From NCBI GenBank assembly GCA_018780805.1, contig JADMJD010000079.1, positions 10,167-74,166 of the forward strand: a stretch of DNA of 64,000 bases. The letters run 5' to 3'. The notes beneath the pieces were generated by a model that was given only the letters and a program-made list of their open reading frames with translations, did not search any database and was not told the DNA's origin. Position 1 is the stretch's first letter. Each line of letters begins with the position of its first letter. Made by a program: the position numbers and the translations under genes. The stretch comes from Rubrivivax sp. (GTDB taxonomy: Bacteria; Pseudomonadota; Gammaproteobacteria; Burkholderiales; Burkholderiaceae_C). Of the stretch, positions 59,806 to 64,000 are shown in pieces.

Positions 59806-61570
59806 GACCCTGTCGACGCCACTGGGCCAGGAACCCGAGCCGAACCACGGCTTCGAGGATTCGCGCCGGCTCACCGGTGCCAACCGCTGGTTCCCGGGCC
59901 CGGCCGTGGTGCTGACGCCGCTGGGCGTCGCATCGACCGATGCCGCCGCGTTGGCCCGCTGGGCGGCACGGGTCGAGACCCTGGCCGCGGCCCTGGGCTG
60001 GGCCGCGCCCACGCCGGTGGTGCACCACCACGCCGGCGGCACGCTGCTGGTGTTTGCAGCGCCGGCGTCCACGCTGTTCACCGCCACCGAGCTGAACGAA
60101 TGGGCCTGGGAGCGCAGCGCGGCCGAGGCCGGCGAAACCGGCTTCGACATCGCCCAGCCTTTTGGCGACGACGTGGCCGTGGCCACGCTGGGCGCGCGTG
60201 CCACCGCCGAGCACCGGCCGGACGTGCAGGCGCTGCTGGACGCCGCGGCCGCGCAAGGCCTGCCCGCGCTGCTGGACGATCACAGCTTGTCGCTGGGCGG
60301 AGGCGTCAGCAGCCAGACCTGGGCCTTGACCACCCTGCCAGACCCGGCCACGGTGCCCTGGGACCGGCTACACGACGTACCCACGGCCCTGGTCACCGGC
60401 AGCAACGGCAAGACCACCACCGTGCGGCTGCTGGCCGCCATCGCGGCGCAGGCCGGGTTCACCGCCGGTTATTCCTGCACCGAAGGCCTGTTCGTCGGCG
60501 GCCAGCCGGTGGACCGCGGCGACTGGGCCGGCCCGGCCGGTGCCCGCGCCGTGCTGCGCCATCCGGCCGTCACCGCCGCAGTGCTGGAAACGGCGCGTGG
60601 CGGCCTGCTGCGGCGCGGCCTGGCGGTGGCCCGCGCCGACGTGGCCGTGGTCACCAACATCAGCCCCGACCACCTGGGTGAATACGGCGTGCACAGCGCT
60701 GCCGACCTGGCCGAGGTGAAGCTCATCGTCGCCCACGCGGTGGCGGGTGGTGGGAAGGGCGGCGGCGCGCTGGTGTTGAACGCTGACGATGTGGTGCTGA
60801 TGGCGGCGGTGGCTCGGCGCCTGCCCCAGGTGCCCACCGCGCTCTTTGCCCAGGACCACGAGCACCCGGCCCTGCAGGCGCTGCGCGCCGCAGGAGGCAG
60901 CAGCTGTGGGGTGGCCAACGGCCAGCTGCTGCTGGCGCATGCCGGCCGCACACACGACCTGGGCCCGGTGGCCGGGATGCCGATCACACTCGGCGGCGCC
61001 GCGCGCCACAACGTCGACAACGCCGCCGCTGCTGCCCTGGCCGCGGCGCTGCTGGGCTGGCCGGCGGCGGCCATCACCACCACACTGCAGCAGTTCGGCC
61101 AAGCACCGAGTGACAACCCCGGCCGGCTGGAACGTTGGACGCACCGCGGTGCCACCGTGCTGTTGGACTACGCCCACAACCCCGAGGGCCTGGCGCAGCT
61201 GCTGACCGTGGCGCGTGCGCTGGGCGGCCAGCGCCTGGGCCTGCTGCTGGGCCAGGCCGGCAACCGGGACGACGCCGCCATCACCGACCTGGCCCGAACC
61301 GCCGCCGCCTTTGCGCCCGAGCAGGTGGTGGTGAAAGAGCTGCCGGGCATGCTGCGCGGGCGGCTGCCCGGCACGGTGCCGGCGCTGATCGTTCAGGCGC
61401 TGGTGGACGCCGGCTTGCCACCCGGGCGCTGCCAGCGCATCGACGACGAATCCGCCGCCGCCCAGGCCCTGCTGGCCTGGGCGCCGCCCGGGGATGTGCT
61501 GGTGCTGCCGGTGCACACGGCCGCAGTCCGCGACACGCTGGTGGGCGTGCTCAGGGCTTCTGCAGCCTGA
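59789..61570 (+). CDS. CphA paralogue / Mur-ligase family protein lacking the ATP-grasp domain (~593 aa)
   Basis: GSNGKTTT, VLETARGGLLRRG, NISPDHLG, PGRLE, DYAHNPEG are colinear with the CphA C-terminal half. GTG at 59789 overlaps the cphA stop; exact start uncertain. Confidence 0.8.
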   Translation: MKPLTETLSTPLGQEPEPNHGFEDSRRLTGANRWFPGPAVVLTPLGVASTDAAALARWAARVETLAAALGWAAPTPVVHHHAGGTLLVFAAPASTLFTATELNEWAWERSAAEAGETGFDIAQPFGDDVAVATLGARATAEHRPDVQALLDAAAAQGLPALLDDHSLSLGGGVSSQTWALTTLPDPATVPWDRLHDVPTALVTGSNGKTTTVRLLAAIAAQAGFTAGYSCTEGLFVGGQPVDRGDWAGPAGARAVLRHPAVTAAVLETARGGLLRRGLAVARADVAVVTNISPDHLGEYGVHSAADLAEVKLIVAHAVAGGGKGGGALVLNADDVVLMAAVARRLPQVPTALFAQDHEHPALQALRAAGGSSCGVANGQLLLAHAGRTHDLGPVAGMPITLGGAARHNVDNAAAAALAAALLGWPAAAITTTLQQFGQAPSDNPGRLERWTHRGATVLLDYAHNPEGLAQLLTVARALGGQRLGLLLGQAGNRDDAAITDLARTAAAFAPEQVVVKELPGMLRGRLPGTVPALIVQALVDAGLPPGRCQRIDDESAAAQALLAWAPPGDVLVLPVHTAAVRDTLVGVLRASAA

Positions 61571-62744
61571 GCAGCAAGCCGGCAATGGGCCGGCCTTGTT
61601 CGTGGCGCAGCACCGTGGACTGCACCGCTTCCACCGTGAAGCCGGCGGCGCTGGCCAGCCGGCGCAGCGCGGTTTCGCCATGCCGGTAACGCAGTTGCGC
61701 GCACAGCTGCACGGCGTCGGTGTCATCGGCCGCTTCGACGCTGAACACCACGGGGCCACCCGGCCACAACACACGCCACAGGCCGGCGAACACCGGCGCC
61801 AGATCGCCGATGTAGATGAAGACATCGGCCGCGAGCGCGAGGTCAAAACGTTCCGGCGTCTGCTGCAGCCACTGCACCGCCTCGGCTTCGTGCAGCGCCT
61901 GGTACAGGCCGCGCGCACGCGCCTGCACCAGCATGCGCGGCGACAGGTCCACGCCGGTCAGCCGCTGCACACGCCCCTGCAGCGGCGGCGCACACAGGCC
62001 GGTGCCGCAGCCCAGGTCCAGCGCGTGGGTGTAGACGCGGCCCGGCGGCAGCAGGTCCACCACGCCCTGGTGCGCGCTGTAACCCAGGCCTTGCACCAGG
62101 TGCTGGTCGAAGCCGTCGGCATACCCGTCGAACAACGCCTGCACATAGGCGGGTGGCGCCTGGCCGTCGGCGGGCGCACCGGTGACCGAGGCCAGGAACC
62201 AGCGGTTCAGCGTCGGGTCACCGCCGTGCGCCAGGGCCTGCTCGAAGCAGTGCCGCGCATCGGCCAGCCGGCCGGCCTCGCGCAGCAGGCTGCCACGTTG
62301 GGTCCAGGCCGCGGCGTGCGTGGCATCCAGCGCCAACGCCGTGTCGAACGCCGACAAGGCTTCGTCGGCCCGCTCCAGCCGGCCCAGCAGCAGGCCGCGG
62401 CGGTGCTGCAGTTCGGCATCGACCGGGCGTTGGTGCAACAGGCGCTCCAGCACCGGCAAGGCCTGGGCCGGTTGGTCCAGCGCGGTCAGCGCGCGCGCCA
62501 GCAAGGCCAGCGCTTCAGGGTGCCCGGGTTCGGCGGCGAGCAGCGGCGCCAGGTCGTCGGGCACGGGGCCGGGGCGGCCAAGCGCCAGCCGCGTGGCGGC
62601 CAGATTGATGACCACCGAGGCGCGGCCCGGCACCAGCGCCTGTGCCTGCAGGAAACTCTGCTCGGCCTCGGCCAGCTGGCCGGCTTCGTGTTGCTGCACA
62701 CCGGCCATGAAAGCGGCGCGTGCCTGTTCAAAGCGGTGATCCAT
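61551..62744 (-). CDS. TPR-repeat class I SAM-dependent methyltransferase
   Basis: N-terminal TPR helices, YVQALFDGYADGFDQHLV, LDLGCGTG motif I, GVDLSPRML, AADVFIYIGDL. Confidence 0.87.
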   Translation of the reverse strand: MDHRFEQARAAFMAGVQQHEAGQLAEAEQSFLQAQALVPGRASVVINLAATRLALGRPGPVPDDLAPLLAAEPGHPEALALLARALTALDQPAQALPVLERLLHQRPVDAELQHRRGLLLGRLERADEALSAFDTALALDATHAAAWTQRGSLLREAGRLADARHCFEQALAHGGDPTLNRWFLASVTGAPADGQAPPAYVQALFDGYADGFDQHLVQGLGYSAHQGVVDLLPPGRVYTHALDLGCGTGLCAPPLQGRVQRLTGVDLSPRMLVQARARGLYQALHEAEAVQWLQQTPERFDLALAADVFIYIGDLAPVFAGLWRVLWPGGPVVFSVEAADDTDAVQLCAQLRYRHGETALRRLASAAGFTVEAVQSTVLRHEQGRPIAGLLLRLQKP

Positions 62745-62770
62745 GACCGCGATGATGCCCGCACCAGCGT

Positions 62771-63847
62771 TCAGGCCACGCGCTGCAGCCGCTGCGTTGT
62801 GCCCAGCACGCCACCGAACAGGTCCTTGGGGTTGGTGAGCTCTGGCACCAGGTCGATCGTGCGCCGCAGGTCGCCATGTTCCTGCAGCAGCTGGTGCAGC
62901 AGGCGCAGCGCGGAAAAATCCTCCAGCGCAAAACCCACCGAGTCGAAGACCGTCACCTCATCGGCATCGGCGCGGCCAATGGACTGGCCGCTGACCACGT
63001 CGGCAAACTCCGTGACGCCGAAGTTGGCCGGCAGCTGCTGGATCTCACCTTCGATGCGCGACTGCGGCGCGAACTCCACCACCACCCGCGTGCCGGGCCG
63101 GGTGAGGATGTCCACGTGCAGCTCGGTTTTGCCCGGGCAATCGCCGCCGACGGCGTTCAGGTGCATGCCGGGTTTCACCATCGACGGCGTCAAGATCACC
63201 GCGTTGCGCTTGTCTGCCGTGACGGTGGTGACGATGTGCGCACACATCACCGCGTCCGCGGTGGATGTGGCCACATGCAGCTGCAGATCGCGCAGCTCCG
63301 GCATCGCGCGCAGGTTGCGCAGCAGCTTGGCGGTGGCGGCGGGGTCGGTGTCGTACAGCCGCAGCGCGCGCACGCCCAGCAGCCGGTGGAAGGCGATGGC
63401 CTGGAACTCGCTCTGCGCGCCGTTGCCGATGATGGCCATCGTGCTGCCGCCCGGCCGCGCCAGCCAGCGCGCGGCCAGCGCCGACATCGCCGCGGTGCGC
63501 AGCGCGGTGGTGATGGTCAGCTCCGACAGCAGCAGCGGGTAACCCGTCTGCACATCGGCCAGCACGCCGAAGGCGGTGACCGTCAGCAGACCGGCCGCGG
63601 TGTTCTGCGGGTGGCCGTTGACGTACTTGAAGGCGTACTGCTGGCCGTCGCTGGTGGGCATCAGCTCGATCACGCCGACGGTGGAATGGCTGGCCACGCG
63701 CGCGCTTTTTTCGAACTGTTCCCAGCGCCGGTAGTCAGCTTCGATTTCGCCGGCCAGGCGTTCGATGAAGGCGCCGATGCCGACGCGCTGCAGCAGGCGC
63801 TGGATGTCGCTGATGCCGATGAAGGGCACGCCGATGAAAGGGACCAT
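62771..63847 (-). CDS. ocd: Ornithine cyclodeaminase (358 aa)
   Basis: ELMPTSDG..YAFKYVNGHP, TTALRTAA, IGNGAQSEFQ, NAVGGDCPGKTEL, FDSVGFALEDFSALR. Start at ATG 63847 with GGAG 7 nt upstream, rather than the track's 63973. Confidence 0.92.
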   Translation of the reverse strand: MVPFIGVPFIGISDIQRLLQRVGIGAFIERLAGEIEADYRRWEQFEKSARVASHSTVGVIELMPTSDGQQYAFKYVNGHPQNTAAGLLTVTAFGVLADVQTGYPLLLSELTITTALRTAAMSALAARWLARPGGSTMAIIGNGAQSEFQAIAFHRLLGVRALRLYDTDPAATAKLLRNLRAMPELRDLQLHVATSTADAVMCAHIVTTVTADKRNAVILTPSMVKPGMHLNAVGGDCPGKTELHVDILTRPGTRVVVEFAPQSRIEGEIQQLPANFGVTEFADVVSGQSIGRADADEVTVFDSVGFALEDFSALRLLHQLLQEHGDLRRTIDLVPELTNPKDLFGGVLGTTQRLQRVA

Positions 63848-64000
63848 GGAGAGACTCCGTTTTGCGGGAATCTCCATTGTTCCGGGCGGTCTGCTCAGCC
63901 GGAAGGCGGCGAACTGGCCAGATCGCTGCAGGCGGCTGGCACTTTGCCAGCCACCGCTGCCGGAACGCTCCATATCGGGCGCTCAGTGCAGCGCCGACAG

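Noticed and set aside
63983-64000. 3' end of an upstream minus-strand gene (...LSALH*)
   Set aside because: Only six codons lie in the window, which is not enough to support a call.
1-64000. rRNA, tRNA, integrase or transposase
   Set aside because: None recognised. Nearly the whole window is coding and the intergenic gaps are too short, apart from the 162-bp divergent region.

Overview
Very GC-rich bacterial DNA; the gene content suggests Betaproteobacteria (Burkholderiales-like), which is inference only. About 43 kb (1-43320, minus strand) encodes two tandem giant surface-type proteins. The first is a complete 12,602-aa protein (43320->5512). The second is missing from the supplied ORF track: it starts at a TTG at 5522, overlaps the first gene by 11 nt and runs off the left edge (>1,840 aa). 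Both begin with a near-identical 24-residue LEPR-XLL-type leader. Transcribed divergently from a 162-bp intergenic region is a tightly coupled cluster: sapC, TolC, membrane-fusion protein (MFP), GAF-like/MFP, PqqD-like/M50 protease/MFP fusion, a SecA-like protein with all ATPase motifs degenerate, and a Lcl/DUF1566 lipoprotein. This looks like a type-I-like export system with no ABC ATPase in the window, and I consider it plus its two cargo genes the most interesting system here. A sharply bounded ~290-bp low-GC3 patch lies near the start of the second giant gene. The right end holds nitrogen-storage and metabolic genes: NmrA-like oxidoreductase, M14 deacylase, cphB, cphA, a CphA paralogue lacking the ATP-grasp domain, a TPR-methyltransferase and ocd. 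I found no rRNA, tRNA, CRISPR array, transposase, integrase or reverse transcriptase. All family assignments come from motif recognition by eye, not database searches.
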